From an uncultured Nitrososphaerota archaeon (GTDB lineage Archaea; Thermoproteota; Nitrososphaeria; Nitrososphaerales; Nitrosopumilaceae), in the NCBI GenBank assembly GCA_963701075.1, contig OY969559.1, positions 384,001-448,000 on the forward strand: DNA of 64,000 bases. The letters run 5' to 3'. The stretch's first letter is position 1, and every line of letters starts with the position of its first letter. Under the pieces are notes generated by a model. That model was not told the DNA's origin and did not search any database. It was given only the letters and a program-made list of their open reading frames with translations. The translations under genes and the position numbers were made by a program. Positions 10,165-20,146 of this stretch are shown piece after piece.

Positions 10165-11212
10165 TTGCTTTGATTGATTCGTAGAGCTCTGGAGACAAGA
10201 CCAGCTTCTCCCCTATTGGCCTTACTATATCGGATACATATTTTCCTGCGCTAGTTTTCAGGTCGGAAGGATGTATCTTTTTTTCTGAAAAGTCCTTTTC
10301 TAGCTGTTGATAGCTAGTGTAGCTAACATTGCCGCCAAATTTCTCTGGCCTTTCTATGGTAATTTCGTTGAATTGATGAAATATGACATACCTGAAAATT
10401 TCAAGGATGGGGTTTTTCTCCACTATTCCTTCAGGACACCAAGCTTTTTTGAATTTGGATCTTATCTCTTCTTCTGAATCATGGATAAATATTCCTGATG
10501 TTGCCTTTGATTTACTCATTTTACTTGAGATAACCTGTGAATCAGAATCAGTTCCAGTCTCTGGCTCGCCCAGGCCTGCAAGTATGTGGTGGTGGACTGC
10601 CACCGGTACCTTCCACTTCATCTTGGGAAATATTTCTCGCACCAGCATGTGTATTTTTCTTTGATCCATTCCTGCATGTACTATATCCAGATCCATGGAA
10701 TGAATGTCAACAGCTTGCATGGGTGGATAGAAGAGCTGGCCCAGCTCGATCTTGTCCTTATCGGCACTTCTTCCCATTATTGTAAGCGAGCGCATTGTTC
10801 TGTCAAGCGACATATTTTTTGCAAACTTGACCAAATCCATCCAATAGTCCTTTCTTGACTCGTAAAGTTCAGAGCCTCCGACAATTTCTACACCTGGACA
10901 GAAGAGCTTGAAAGCATCAGCATAGTATTTTGAGACTGTCTTTATCTTGTCCCAGTCTCCTCCCAACTTGTTATTGATGTAGGTGTGCCAGTCTGCTAAA
11001 AATACGGTACACTTTACTCCAGCTTTGATGAAATCATTTATCTTAAATCCCGTCAGTATCAAACTTCCAAGATGCAAAAATCCGGAAATTTCCAACCCGA
11101 TGTAATGCTTGGGGCGTGCATTTGTGTTAAACAGATGAAGCAGTTCTTCTTGCGTAACTACTTCTTCAGTAGGGTCTCTTGTAACAAGGTTGATTTTTTC
11201 TGTAACGTCCAC
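10157..11212 (-). CDS. tyrS: Tyrosine--tRNA ligase
   Basis: HLGS (HIGH-like), YPPMQAVD, GMDQRK, KMSKS. Confidence 0.95.
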   Translation of the reverse strand: MDVTEKINLVTRDPTEEVVTQEELLHLFNTNARPKHYIGLEISGFLHLGSLILTGFKINDFIKAGVKCTVFLADWHTYINNKLGGDWDKIKTVSKYYADAFKLFCPGVEIVGGSELYESRKDYWMDLVKFAKNMSLDRTMRSLTIMGRSADKDKIELGQLFYPPMQAVDIHSMDLDIVHAGMDQRKIHMLVREIFPKMKWKVPVAVHHHILAGLGEPETGTDSDSQVISSKMSKSKATSGIFIHDSEEEIRSKFKKAWCPEGIVEKNPILEIFRYVIFHQFNEITIERPEKFGGNVSYTSYQQLEKDFSEKKIHPSDLKTSAGKYVSDIVRPIGEKLVLSPELYESIKATT

Positions 11213-11263
11213 TTCGAGTCAAATCTTCCCTTGTGATGCTATAAAGTTACGGGTTCTCTCAAG

Positions 11264-11827
11264 TTATGCATCAATATCATCTAGTTTCTTTCTTGGCCTT
11301 GTGCTAAGATATAGCGCGTGTGAGCTTATGACAACGGCAGCAAGGAACATTTTTGTTGCAAAGTTGAGGTTCCATGGTCTGCTAGGATCAGGATAAGCTA
11401 TTGTTAAAGAGTCTATATCAGGAACCTTTCCATTAACAATTCCAGCTGTAATCTGTGCATTAAGAACAACAAAGTTGTAAATTGCCTCATACAGGCATAT
11501 TGCTGCCAGTCCTGCCAACATTAGCTGTACCAGTGAGAGTTGCCAAGAGGGAACCCCCACTGTTCTCTTCCAGCCAATTCTTGTCACGCAATACCAGCCA
11601 ATTATTGTAGAAAAGAAGAGCCACGAGGTTAGCTTGGCAAAATGGGCCGTAGGAAACTCGGTCTTTTCTAATATCTCGCCCATCACATATGTTCCATTTT
11701 TTTGCCATTCTTGGGTCATCCCATAAATTCCATAGAAAGTTATGGATACCATTATGAATCCGCATGCGTAGAAAATGTAAAGATATACTTTGTATCCTGA
11801 CTGTTCCTTATCCAAACCAATCTTCAT
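11264..11827 (-). CDS. Integral membrane hypothetical protein
   Basis: About four hydrophobic segments. Confidence 0.7.
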   Translation of the reverse strand: MKIGLDKEQSGYKVYLYIFYACGFIMVSITFYGIYGMTQEWQKNGTYVMGEILEKTEFPTAHFAKLTSWLFFSTIIGWYCVTRIGWKRTVGVPSWQLSLVQLMLAGLAAICLYEAIYNFVVLNAQITAGIVNGKVPDIDSLTIAYPDPSRPWNLNFATKMFLAAVVISSHALYLSTRPRKKLDDIDA

Positions 11828-11917
11828 TAAACTACGATTGATCCCGCCTGAAATATAAGAATTGGTTTTATTTTCATTCGGAAGTTTAATTATAGTATAA
11901 AGTTTGGTAATACATAA

Positions 11918-13006
11918 TTGAAAATTCCAATAAACGTTCCAATAATAGAAAAGGAAGAGATCAGTGAAGTACGAGATGTATTACTGGAAAGATCGTTAAC
12001 ATCTGCTTCAAATTCTGGAGGCAAGAGAGTTCAGGAATTTGAAGGACTATTGTCATCATATACTGGATCAAGATATGCAGTAGCAGTAAATTCAGGAACT
12101 GCAGCGCTGCAAGCGGCTCTTTATGCCCTTGGCATAAAAAGTGGAGACGAAGTCCTTCTTCCATCATTTACCTTTGTAGCCACTGCAAACTCTGTCATGT
12201 CAGTTGGGGCAAAGCCAGTGTTTGTTGACGTGGCCCCGGATAATTATACAATGGATCCTTATGACCTAAAGAAAAAGATTACAAAAAAATCAAAGGCAAT
12301 AATGCCTGTCCACCTGTACGGAAATTTTTCATACATGGATGAGATCTCTGAGATAGCAGACAGGCATAACCTCGATGTAGTCGAAGATGCTGCACAGTCA
12401 CTGGGAACTACATACAAGAAGAAACAATCCGGAACATTCTCGCAACTAGGATGCTTTAGCATGTATGCTGCAAAGGTAATGACATCAGGAGAAGGTGGAG
12501 CAATTGTTACAAACGACAAGGAGGTCTTTGAAAAACTGCGTAAAATAAGAAACCATGGAATGCTGCATGGATACGATACTAGAATTTTAGGGCTAAATCT
12601 CAGGCTTCCAGAAATATCTGCTGCAATAGCCAAGATCCAAATGAAAAAGCTTCCCAAGTTTCTCAAAAAAAGAGAGAGCAACGCCAAAATTCTAACAGAA
12701 CTTTTGGGTGACTTGGACTTTATCTTGCCGATAGAAAGGGCCGGCGTCAAAGTAAATTGGTACCTTTATACAATTTCTACAAAGAACCGCAACAAGCTGG
12801 CAAAACAACTAAACGAAAAAGGAATTGGCGCGACTGCTTATTACTCAATTCCTGTACACAAAACTCCATTTTACAAAAGTAAAACAGAATTACCGATGAC
12901 TGACTGGGCGGCTTCAACCGTTCTGAGCTTGCCGGTGCATCCCCTTGTTACAGAAAATGATCTTCATTACATCTCCAAAACAATTCATCAATTGATTGAA
13001 AAATGA
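11918..13006 (+). CDS. DegT/DnrJ/EryC1/StrS PLP aminotransferase
   Basis: NSGTAAL, PSFTFVAT, EDAAQ, GEGG, LSLP motifs. Confidence 0.93.
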   Translation: MKIPINVPIIEKEEISEVRDVLLERSLTSASNSGGKRVQEFEGLLSSYTGSRYAVAVNSGTAALQAALYALGIKSGDEVLLPSFTFVATANSVMSVGAKPVFVDVAPDNYTMDPYDLKKKITKKSKAIMPVHLYGNFSYMDEISEIADRHNLDVVEDAAQSLGTTYKKKQSGTFSQLGCFSMYAAKVMTSGEGGAIVTNDKEVFEKLRKIRNHGMLHGYDTRILGLNLRLPEISAAIAKIQMKKLPKFLKKRESNAKILTELLGDLDFILPIERAGVKVNWYLYTISTKNRNKLAKQLNEKGIGATAYYSIPVHKTPFYKSKTELPMTDWAASTVLSLPVHPLVTENDLHYISKTIHQLIEK

Positions 13007-13482
13007 ATCCAATAGCAGAGATGGTAGGGGAATTATGCAAAATCCTGCTTCCAATTGAGGACAGGGTTTACTTTGGCAATTCTGAATCTGGTATAGCAGT
13101 ATGCACCTTGTCTAGCATGGAACTGCTTGGCAAAATTGTAAACTCTGCACTCATGGCCCAAGTTAACATTGCTGGAAGATTACTTTCAGAAAACAAGGGA
13201 ATTGATTTACTTGTTAGGCATGTAATATCCGATAGGAAAATTTGCACCATCGTTCTATGTGGCAAAGATACGATAGGACACAGGCCGGGGCATTCGTTAC
13301 TTTGTTTGCACCAAAATGGAATAGACTGTGATGGGAGAATAATTGGCTCCCAAAGTCCAGATCCTATTTTATCATTGACAAATGGAGAAGTATTAAAATT
13401 TCAAAACCAAGTAAGAATCATTGACAAGATGGGAGAAACTGAGATCTCAAATCTCAGGCCAGAAATTAGCAGCAAAAACTGA
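13003..13482 (+). CDS. Stand-alone MtrA-like (corrinoid-binding) domain protein
   Basis: VCTLSS...ENKGID...IVLCGKD..GH..GHSL..LHQNG...RIIG pattern matches the MtrA domain. Confidence 0.75.
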   Translation: MNPIAEMVGELCKILLPIEDRVYFGNSESGIAVCTLSSMELLGKIVNSALMAQVNIAGRLLSENKGIDLLVRHVISDRKICTIVLCGKDTIGHRPGHSLLCLHQNGIDCDGRIIGSQSPDPILSLTNGEVLKFQNQVRIIDKMGETEISNLRPEISSKN

Positions 13483-13484
13483 TT

Positions 13485-13817
13485 TCAATAACCGTCAAGC
13501 TGTCTTTGTTTGTTAACCTGGTGTTTCTTTTGATATTCCTTTAGTATGTCCTCTGGAGTCATCTTCAGTTCCAGCGATGCCTGGACCACAAAGTGCCATA
13601 TATCAATAAGCTCCTCTCGGGCTGCTGCCTCATCAAATTCTGTTGGTTTTTTCCACCACTTCCAATTAGTTGTCCGCTGTAACTCCACTGCCTCATGAAT
13701 TATGGCAGTACACAGTGAAGAGATTTTTCCTTGCGCGTCCTTTGGATAACGCTCTAGATTCATCATCTTTTCTAAATTCTTTTGTAGCGCAAAAATTGTG
13801 TCCAGCTTGTCTTCCAT
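13485..13817 (-). CDS. Dimeric (all-alpha) dUTPase family protein
   Basis: EAVEL...NWKWWK...EELIDIWHF motif. Confidence 0.85.
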   Translation of the reverse strand: MEDKLDTIFALQKNLEKMMNLERYPKDAQGKISSLCTAIIHEAVELQRTTNWKWWKKPTEFDEAAAREELIDIWHFVVQASLELKMTPEDILKEYQKKHQVNKQRQLDGY

Positions 13818-13851
13818 GGGCTCTTTTTCTATTTGATATCTATAACCTTTG

Positions 13852-14745
13852 TCAGAAGTGAACCATTTTTCTATAATGCCTGAACCTGTTCTGGATCTGT
13901 GGCTTTCTTAGTTTGACCAAGCCTGCAATTCCGTATTTTTCAACGGCAAATGAGCCCATCACATTTCCATACACTGCCGCCTCTCTGATTGTTGACATCT
14001 TTGTACTGTTTTTACTGGCCATATATCCAATCATGCCTCCAGCAAAAGAATCTCCTGCTCCTGTTGGGTCTACGATATTTTCAAGTGAAAAGGCAGGCGA
14101 GGGAAAGACAATATCGTCATAAAATAGCAGGGATCCGTGCTCTCCCTTCTTTATGATTACAAATCTTGTGCCCCATTCCATGATCTTTTTTGCCGCCTTG
14201 ATTAGGTTGTGAGTCTTTGTAAGCAACTTGGCCTCTTCGTCATTTATAACAACAGAATCTACTGCCCCCATCATCTTTATGACATCATTTCTTTTCGTAG
14301 AGATCCAGAAATCTATGGTATCACACATGGAAAACTTGACTCTGTCAAATTCCTTGATTATCTTTGTATTTTGGGCGGGATCATTGTTTGCAAGGTAAAC
14401 AAATTCTGATCTTCTGTATTCTTCGGGAACTATCGGTCTGAAATCCTTCAATACGTTTAGTTCAGTCTTGTTGGTTGTCCTGGAACTTAATGTCAGGTCA
14501 TAGCTTCCATCATATCGGAAGGTTCGTCCGTTTGCATGTACTACACCTTTGATGTCTACGAACCTGTTCAAGATCTCTTGATATTTTTTTGGAAAATCAT
14601 GGCCCACCACTGCAATAAGGCCGGGTTTTTGAAAAAAACTTGCAGATACTGCCGCATATGTGGCAGCACCCCCCAGTGCATTTTTAATTACTCTGGAAGG
14701 AGTCCTAATGGTATCTATCGCAACAGATCCAAAAACCGTCAGCAT
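13852..14745 (-). CDS. PfkB family carbohydrate/nucleoside kinase
   Basis: GGAATY and DPTGAGDSFAGG signatures. Confidence 0.92.
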   Translation of the reverse strand: MLTVFGSVAIDTIRTPSRVIKNALGGAATYAAVSASFFQKPGLIAVVGHDFPKKYQEILNRFVDIKGVVHANGRTFRYDGSYDLTLSSRTTNKTELNVLKDFRPIVPEEYRRSEFVYLANNDPAQNTKIIKEFDRVKFSMCDTIDFWISTKRNDVIKMMGAVDSVVINDEEAKLLTKTHNLIKAAKKIMEWGTRFVIIKKGEHGSLLFYDDIVFPSPAFSLENIVDPTGAGDSFAGGMIGYMASKNSTKMSTIREAAVYGNVMGSFAVEKYGIAGLVKLRKPQIQNRFRHYRKMVHF

Positions 14746-14757
14746 ACTTTGCTGTTT

Positions 14758-15228
14758 TTAGGTACCGTCTATAAACGCTTTAGATTCGTCCTGTGTCGGA
14801 TAGTATGTGAATGGAATGCTGACAGTTGTAAAGAGGACGTCATACTGACTTGTTCCTGTTAGCTTTAGACTGGGAACATTGTTGGTATTGTTATACTTGT
14901 CCAATACTGCCGTGTTAGCAAGAAACGGAGTCTGAGCAACCGTCTTTCCCATTGCTGGAATAACTGATGGCTGCAATACTCCATTGCCAAGATTCTCTCC
15001 GTTAGCAGCCACTGCAAAACTGGTTCTTCCAACGGTTAGAAACAACAGTGAGGGATTGTTGAATTGAAGCTGAAGGTTATAGAGTGTACCCAGGCTAGTC
15101 TTATCTACAACCTTGCTTTGAATAATGGAAACATGTAGCTGAGACACTAATAGATATTGGCTAACCCCAAAGATGCTTACAGCCGCAACAACGATGCTTA
15201 TGACTATGATTTTGGTTCTTTTCTCCAT
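14758..15228 (-). CDS. LEA14/WHy-like membrane-anchored protein
   Basis: N-terminal TM helix then NNPS beta-sandwich pattern. Confidence 0.6.
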   Translation of the reverse strand: MEKRTKIIVISIVVAAVSIFGVSQYLLVSQLHVSIIQSKVVDKTSLGTLYNLQLQFNNPSLLFLTVGRTSFAVAANGENLGNGVLQPSVIPAMGKTVAQTPFLANTAVLDKYNNTNNVPSLKLTGTSQYDVLFTTVSIPFTYYPTQDESKAFIDGT

Positions 15229-15366
15229 GCTGAAGAAGATATAAAATCCCTTTTTAGCACAGGTAGGAAAAAAATCCGAATAACTTGTTTAAACTTTTTG
15301 ATCTGTTTTTAAAGCTACTTAGAGCTAACAGAATAAATCAAAATAGAGAGGAGTGAATATTACAAA

Positions 15367-15840
15367 ATGGCCAGAATCAGAATCAGATATGGACAAAATG
15401 AGATTGAGATCGAGTCCAAGGATTTCTATATCGACAATCAAAGTGTGGATCAGGTAATAAACAACCTCTCAGTACACGTCAAAGATTACAGCGCAAGCAC
15501 ACTTCAGTATGATTATTCATACGGCCAACCTGCCCAAGGCGCCGAAGTCCTAAACATGCTCAATGACGCAGAGATTCACGAGCCAGAATTTGTCAAGCCA
15601 ACATTCCTTGATAAGGCGCAAATAAAGAGCAAGATTCGAACACTTGCTGAGGATGCGTTTTTTGACCAACCACGAACAACCTCAGAGGTTGTTGCTCAAT
15701 TACATGAATACGGATGGGCAGCGGTTCCACTTGATGTATCCAAAGCACTAACAGACATGGCCTTTGGCAATGAACTCCAAAAAGACCTACGAGAAAAACG
15801 CAATTACTACTCCCTTGCCAAGATGATAGAACTTAACTAG
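15367..15840 (+). CDS. Hypothetical protein with possible C-terminal winged helix
   Basis: FFDQPRTTSEVVAQL...VSKAL..M...L pattern. Confidence 0.6.
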   Translation: MARIRIRYGQNEIEIESKDFYIDNQSVDQVINNLSVHVKDYSASTLQYDYSYGQPAQGAEVLNMLNDAEIHEPEFVKPTFLDKAQIKSKIRTLAEDAFFDQPRTTSEVVAQLHEYGWAAVPLDVSKALTDMAFGNELQKDLREKRNYYSLAKMIELN

Positions 15841-16018
15841 TTTTATAGCCACACTTGCTGCAGGAATCAAACACATCTCCTTCCAAGTGATCAAAATGAG
15901 TATTGCACTTTAGGCACGTGTGATGCATGTCAAAATAGCCGTCATTTTCAACTTTTCCAACGCGATTGGACTGCAACTCAATGCTCCCGCATTTTATACA
16001 ATGGCATTCGCATTGCAT
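15833..16018 (-). CDS. Small Cys/His-rich zinc-binding protein
   Basis: CxCxCxxC, HxCxxC..HFDH, CxxC in 61 aa. Confidence 0.7.
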   Translation of the reverse strand: MQCECHCIKCGSIELQSNRVGKVENDGYFDMHHTCLKCNTHFDHLEGDVFDSCSKCGYKTS

Positions 16019-16040
16019 GGAACCAAGTGAATTTTTACTA

Positions 16041-16964
16041 TTAATAATCTAGGCGGAAATTCAATCTATTTGAAAATCTCAGAGCAACGACTGCCGAAAT
16101 TGCAATAGCTAATGGTACAAACATTGGAAACTCTGGGATTGAAGTTGTTCCTGTGATCTGCAGCGTTCCATTATGGACAGGGTTCATTCCTATCCAAGCA
16201 TATGTGCCATTGTCATTAAATAGATTAGTAAGAGTTGCATTGGAATTCATTGTTGCTTGGTATGGGCCCCACAAAAGCGCCTTGGGCATTATCACTGTGA
16301 CATAAGAATTTGGTTGGTCAACATTAAATGCATATGAGTTTGCTGATTGATTAAAAGTGGGCTGTCCTACGTTTGCCAGAGTTCTTATTCCAACATTGAA
16401 TGTCTGGTTCTGCCACTGTACTGTTTGAACACTTTCAGGTTCGTTGATGACATATGCAAGGGCCATGCCATTTCCAATTTGTCGGAGGCCTGGCTTGTCA
16501 CCTAGATAAACTGGTCTGTCTTGGGACCAAATCATATCTACTCCTTTAGGAAAATAAAAATCAGTAAAGACCGCATCGCTTGGAGCATAGTAAGCCCATG
16601 TCCATACTCCGTTATTGTCAGTTACTGCGTTAGGTATGTCATACTTGATCAGCGTTACATTTCTTTGAGTAGGCAACAATAGAATAGATACTGGATTTTG
16701 GCTAATTGTGGAATATTGTACAGAATTATTGAATTGATCAGTAACTGAAAAGTTGGTAAGATTGCCGGAAATCATGCCAACATGAACTGCACTGGTAGCA
16801 TTTCCTCGCACTTCATGAACTACATGAGCTGTTCCATTGTCATCAAGTGATACTCTGATATCTTCAATAGGGAACCCTCCCATCGATATCTGGCCAAATG
16901 CCGCTGTGGTTGAGAAAATTGTTACGGCTATCACGCAAGCGATGAGGAGTTTTAACATAGGCAT
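16041..16964 (-). CDS. PEF-CTERM surface protein
   Basis: Signal peptide; C-terminal IPEFP + TM + basic tail; many N-x-S/T sequons. Confidence 0.8.
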   Translation of the reverse strand: MPMLKLLIACVIAVTIFSTTAAFGQISMGGFPIEDIRVSLDDNGTAHVVHEVRGNATSAVHVGMISGNLTNFSVTDQFNNSVQYSTISQNPVSILLLPTQRNVTLIKYDIPNAVTDNNGVWTWAYYAPSDAVFTDFYFPKGVDMIWSQDRPVYLGDKPGLRQIGNGMALAYVINEPESVQTVQWQNQTFNVGIRTLANVGQPTFNQSANSYAFNVDQPNSYVTVIMPKALLWGPYQATMNSNATLTNLFNDNGTYAWIGMNPVHNGTLQITGTTSIPEFPMFVPLAIAISAVVALRFSNRLNFRLDY

Positions 16965-16965
16965 T

Positions 16966-17445
16966 CTATTCTGAGATCGTTACGCGTAGAATCTTGGCTT
17001 CTTGATTAGGACAGTCATTTTTGTCTCTTGGAAGATTTACTATCTTGTCAGCAACATCCATACCCTTCACTACCTCTGCAAATGCGGTATATTGTTTGTC
17101 AAGAAATGTACTATCGGTAGTAACTATGAAGAACTGTGAGCCCGCACTGTTTGGGTCGGTCACTCTTGCCATTGAGACAATTCCCCTCAAGTGTGACCTT
17201 GAATTGAATTCTGCCTTTATTGTGTAACCAGGTCCGCCCATGCCCCATTTGCTTTTGTTTGGTGTTTTGGTATTGGGATCGCCGCCCTGAATCATAAACC
17301 CGGGTATTACTCTGTGGAATAGAGTCCCGTCATAGAAATTACTTTTTGCAAGCTTGGTAAAATTTCGTACCGTTTCAGGAGCAATATTTGGAGATAATTC
17401 AAAGACAATGTTTCCAAAATTAGTCTCTAGAGTTGCTCGTGCCAC
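16966..17445 (-). CDS. Cyclophilin-type peptidyl-prolyl isomerase
   Basis: FHRVIPGFMIQGGDP and SAGSQFFI. Confidence 0.95.
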   Translation of the reverse strand: MARATLETNFGNIVFELSPNIAPETVRNFTKLAKSNFYDGTLFHRVIPGFMIQGGDPNTKTPNKSKWGMGGPGYTIKAEFNSRSHLRGIVSMARVTDPNSAGSQFFIVTTDSTFLDKQYTAFAEVVKGMDVADKIVNLPRDKNDCPNQEAKILRVTISE

Positions 17446-17726
17446 CTTTCACAACCCGACATTTTATCATAATAACCTTTCTACACAATTTTACTTTTTC
17501 AGTAAGAGGTTCCTTTGATTGTTCTATTGTAATCAATCAAGTACGATAAAAACATTTTATCTTGAATAAAATTAATTGGAAAAAATTCTGGAAAATTTTG
17601 AAAATTATGATACAAACATAAGATTAGAGGACTTTGTCAAAATACAAAACCGAATTTTTGTATGTGTCATGTTATTACAAAAACCATAGTAACAGTCTTA
17701 TATAGAAGATCTGAAAAATAAAAAAC

Positions 17727-17969
17727 GTGAATCGTACTACCCAAAGCACAAATATCAAGCAAGCAATCAACAGCCTGCTTGACAAAGGTCTTACAGATAA
17801 ACAAGATATCTACACAAAAGTTGTAGAAGAACTCGGGGTTCCAAGACCGACAGTAAGGCGGGTTGCAAGAGATCTTAGAAACGAACTTTTACAGAAAATT
17901 AAGATTTTGCAGTCTGAGGTTCCAGAATTAGAGGTAGATTCTAAGTCTGCTGCTAAAAGCAGTGACTAG
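17727..17969 (+). CDS. Small helix-turn-helix protein
   Basis: VVEELGVPRPTVRRV HTH-like; TATA-like TTATATA about 25 bp upstream. Confidence 0.65.
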   Translation: MNRTTQSTNIKQAINSLLDKGLTDKQDIYTKVVEELGVPRPTVRRVARDLRNELLQKIKILQSEVPELEVDSKSAAKSSD

Positions 17970-18052
17970 TAAAATCCCTCTATTTTTATAAACACATTTT
18001 CTAGTTTGGAAATTTCCATTACTGTTATATTCTGCCACTGAAGAGTAAATTT

Positions 18053-18511
18053 ATGGGAAATATACCCACTATTGTAACATCTTGTCTCGCAATTGCGCTG
18101 ACCATAGTGTATGTTATAGTTTCAGATCAGGGCAAATTCACGTTCATGATATTGTCAGCAGCCGCCTGGTTTCTAGTTATAATATGCTGGATGGCTGACA
18201 AGAGTGAAAAATACATGCACAAACTTGGGGCTCATGACCAATCTCATGACGAAAAAAAAAAGCTAGCCACTAATTTTAGTCAGCAACAAAATACTGTTCA
18301 GATAAGCTCTAGTGAATTAAGCTACGCCAAAGCAGAACTTAGTGCTGATTTGGATGAACTGCAAAGCTCACTGAAGAACAAAGATGCAGAGATTGAAAAC
18401 CTCAAGGCAGAGATTGCAAGTCTTCATACTCTAGTTGAGATAGAGAAACTGAGGACAGACTTGGCAAATCTCAAAGCGCTTGCAGCCAAAGAAAGTGCCA
18501 AGAAGAAATAA
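18053..18511 (+). CDS. Two-TM protein with C-terminal coiled coil
   Basis: Two hydrophobic helices followed by heptad repeats. Confidence 0.7.
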   Translation: MGNIPTIVTSCLAIALTIVYVIVSDQGKFTFMILSAAAWFLVIICWMADKSEKYMHKLGAHDQSHDEKKKLATNFSQQQNTVQISSSELSYAKAELSADLDELQSSLKNKDAEIENLKAEIASLHTLVEIEKLRTDLANLKALAAKESAKKK

Positions 18512-18512
18512 A

Positions 18513-18632
18513 CTACTTACAGTGAGAGCATCCGTGCTTTCCATGATTTTCTTTACACGAAGGACAACTAATGGCCCCTCCATAGTGGCAGTCACATCTG
18601 CAACCGTCATTTAGCTTTTCTTCTGTTATCAA
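18513..18632 (-). CDS. Metallothionein-like microprotein (39 aa)
   Basis: MITEEKLNDGCRCDCHYGGAISCPSCKENHGKHGCSHCK; 7 Cys, 4 His; TTG start; TATA-like TTAAATA about 31 bp upstream. Confidence 0.65.
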   Translation of the reverse strand: MITEEKLNDGCRCDCHYGGAISCPSCKENHGKHGCSHCK

Positions 18633-18688
18633 CTGATTAATGAGAATCAGACGTCATCTTAATATTTAACGATGTAAAATTACGAAAT

Positions 18689-19132
18689 GTGAGGTATATC
18701 ATAACCACAATGCTGGCAATGACCGTACTTTTAGTTTCAGGCTTTGCGCTTCCAGCTTCACAGGCAGCGGCACCTACACAAAACTTGGTTTCTCAAAGTA
18801 GTGTTGTCATGCAAAAATCTGTAATCAGCATGAACATTCCACCTGATCCAAAACTGCCGTATGGTTGTGTCTGGGGAACGGTACAAAATGCTGCACCAGG
18901 TTATCCAGTTGACATTGAAATTTACCAAAATGGCAAACCAGTTTACGTTGCACAAGCCAATGTAACTTCCGACGGTTCATATCAGAAATATTTCAGAGTC
19001 ATGAACGTTGATAGTACAGGACATGAAACCAACATTTTTGAGGGAGATTACACAGTTGACATTTTCAAATATGTTCTAAACTCTACATCTAGCGCTACAT
19101 CCGGCACTACATCTAGCACCACTTCTACCTAA
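18689..19132 (+). CDS. Secreted hypothetical protein
   Basis: Signal peptide; beta-rich domain; Ser/Thr-rich tail. Confidence 0.7.
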   Translation: MRYIITTMLAMTVLLVSGFALPASQAAAPTQNLVSQSSVVMQKSVISMNIPPDPKLPYGCVWGTVQNAAPGYPVDIEIYQNGKPVYVAQANVTSDGSYQKYFRVMNVDSTGHETNIFEGDYTVDIFKYVLNSTSSATSGTTSSTTST

Positions 19133-19167
19133 ACAAGATTAAGAACAAAGATTCAGCTTCAGAATAA

Positions 19168-19998
19168 TCAAGTTTTTGTCCATCCGCGCTCTTCCAATAT
19201 TTTTGCAGTTCCAGGCGTCACGCAAGCAGGTGTTCCGCCATCTGACTTTATTATGAGGACAAAAGATGCATTGCATTTTACCTTCTGTATTGGCGTACCT
19301 TCTTTAATCTGCTGCAATGGCAAAAGCGGTAACAGCTGCGATGGTTGTACTGGAGGGCAGATGTTTCTTACTTGGTTGCCATAAGGGACAAAGCCACTGA
19401 AAACACTACTACAATCATTGTCTATGGTACCATTGTTATTGTGAATCATGCCGCGCCTGTCGTCAATGATGCTGCCATTGTAGTTGTATATTGTACCATA
19501 GTTGTAGGTACTGCCATAATTATTGATGGTTCCATTTAGGTTGTAAATTGATGCATAATTATTGATGGTTCCATCGCTGTCTGTGAGCGTGCCGTGGTTG
19601 TAAATATTGCCGCCATTGATATTGTATATGACACTAAATTCATCATTTGTGATGGTGCCGTAATTGTATATGGTCCCGTCGTTATTGGTTATGATGCCAG
19701 TATTTTCAAGATGTATGTCAGGACCGACCACTAGCTTGTCTGTATTGCCAAGCTGTAGCGCCCCACTGATTACACATGTTATGAAGAGTGGATTCCAACT
19801 TCCATTCATTTCCTGGCATGATGCCTTGTCCATTATGCTGTAATTTGTTGCCTTGACCTCTTGGATGGGAAGATAAAGAACAGAAAATAACAAAATGAAA
19901 GATACCGGGAGAACAAGGCTGTTTGTCTTTCTGTACACACTTCTCTTAGTGAAGATCTTATAAAAGATGATCCAGTACAGAATTGATAAAAAAATCAA
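19168..19998 (-). CDS. Secreted protein with N-x-G-T-I repeats and C-terminal thaumarchaeal Cys domain
   Basis: Repeated (N/Y)xGTIxN hexads; C-terminal C...LIIK...PACV.P.TA.IL.ERGW; start uncertain. Confidence 0.7.
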   Translation of the reverse strand: MIFLSILYWIIFYKIFTKRSVYRKTNSLVLPVSFILLFSVLYLPIQEVKATNYSIMDKASCQEMNGSWNPLFITCVISGALQLGNTDKLVVGPDIHLENTGIITNNDGTIYNYGTITNDEFSVIYNINGGNIYNHGTLTDSDGTINNYASIYNLNGTINNYGSTYNYGTIYNYNGSIIDDRRGMIHNNNGTIDNDCSSVFSGFVPYGNQVRNICPPVQPSQLLPLLPLQQIKEGTPIQKVKCNASFVLIIKSDGGTPACVTPGTAKILEERGWTKT

Positions 19999-20027
19999 GC
20001 TCTTCTTTGGGTGGTAAAGTAAATAGG

Positions 20028-20121
20028 CGGGCTCGGAGGGCTTCGATCCCTCGGCCTGTAACTTAGGAGGCTACCGCGCTATCCAAGTTTCGCGTCATTA
20101 AAGACTCTGCGCCACGAGCCC
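20028..20121 (-). tRNA. tRNA-Arg(CCT) with a 19-nt intron in the D-loop (20088-20106)
   Basis: GGGCTCG/CGAGCCC acceptor stem; anticodon loop CT-CCT-AA; BHB-like structure at 15/16. Confidence 0.9.
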
Positions 20122-20146
20122 TATGAAAATCAAACTTGGTAACAAT

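Noticed and set aside
13003-13482. Evidence for methanogenesis
   Set aside because: Single soluble MtrA-like domain with no other mtr or mcr genes
17446-17726. AT-rich intergenic region as replication origin
   Set aside because: No ORB-like repeats or adjacent cdc6/orc1; better explained as divergent promoters
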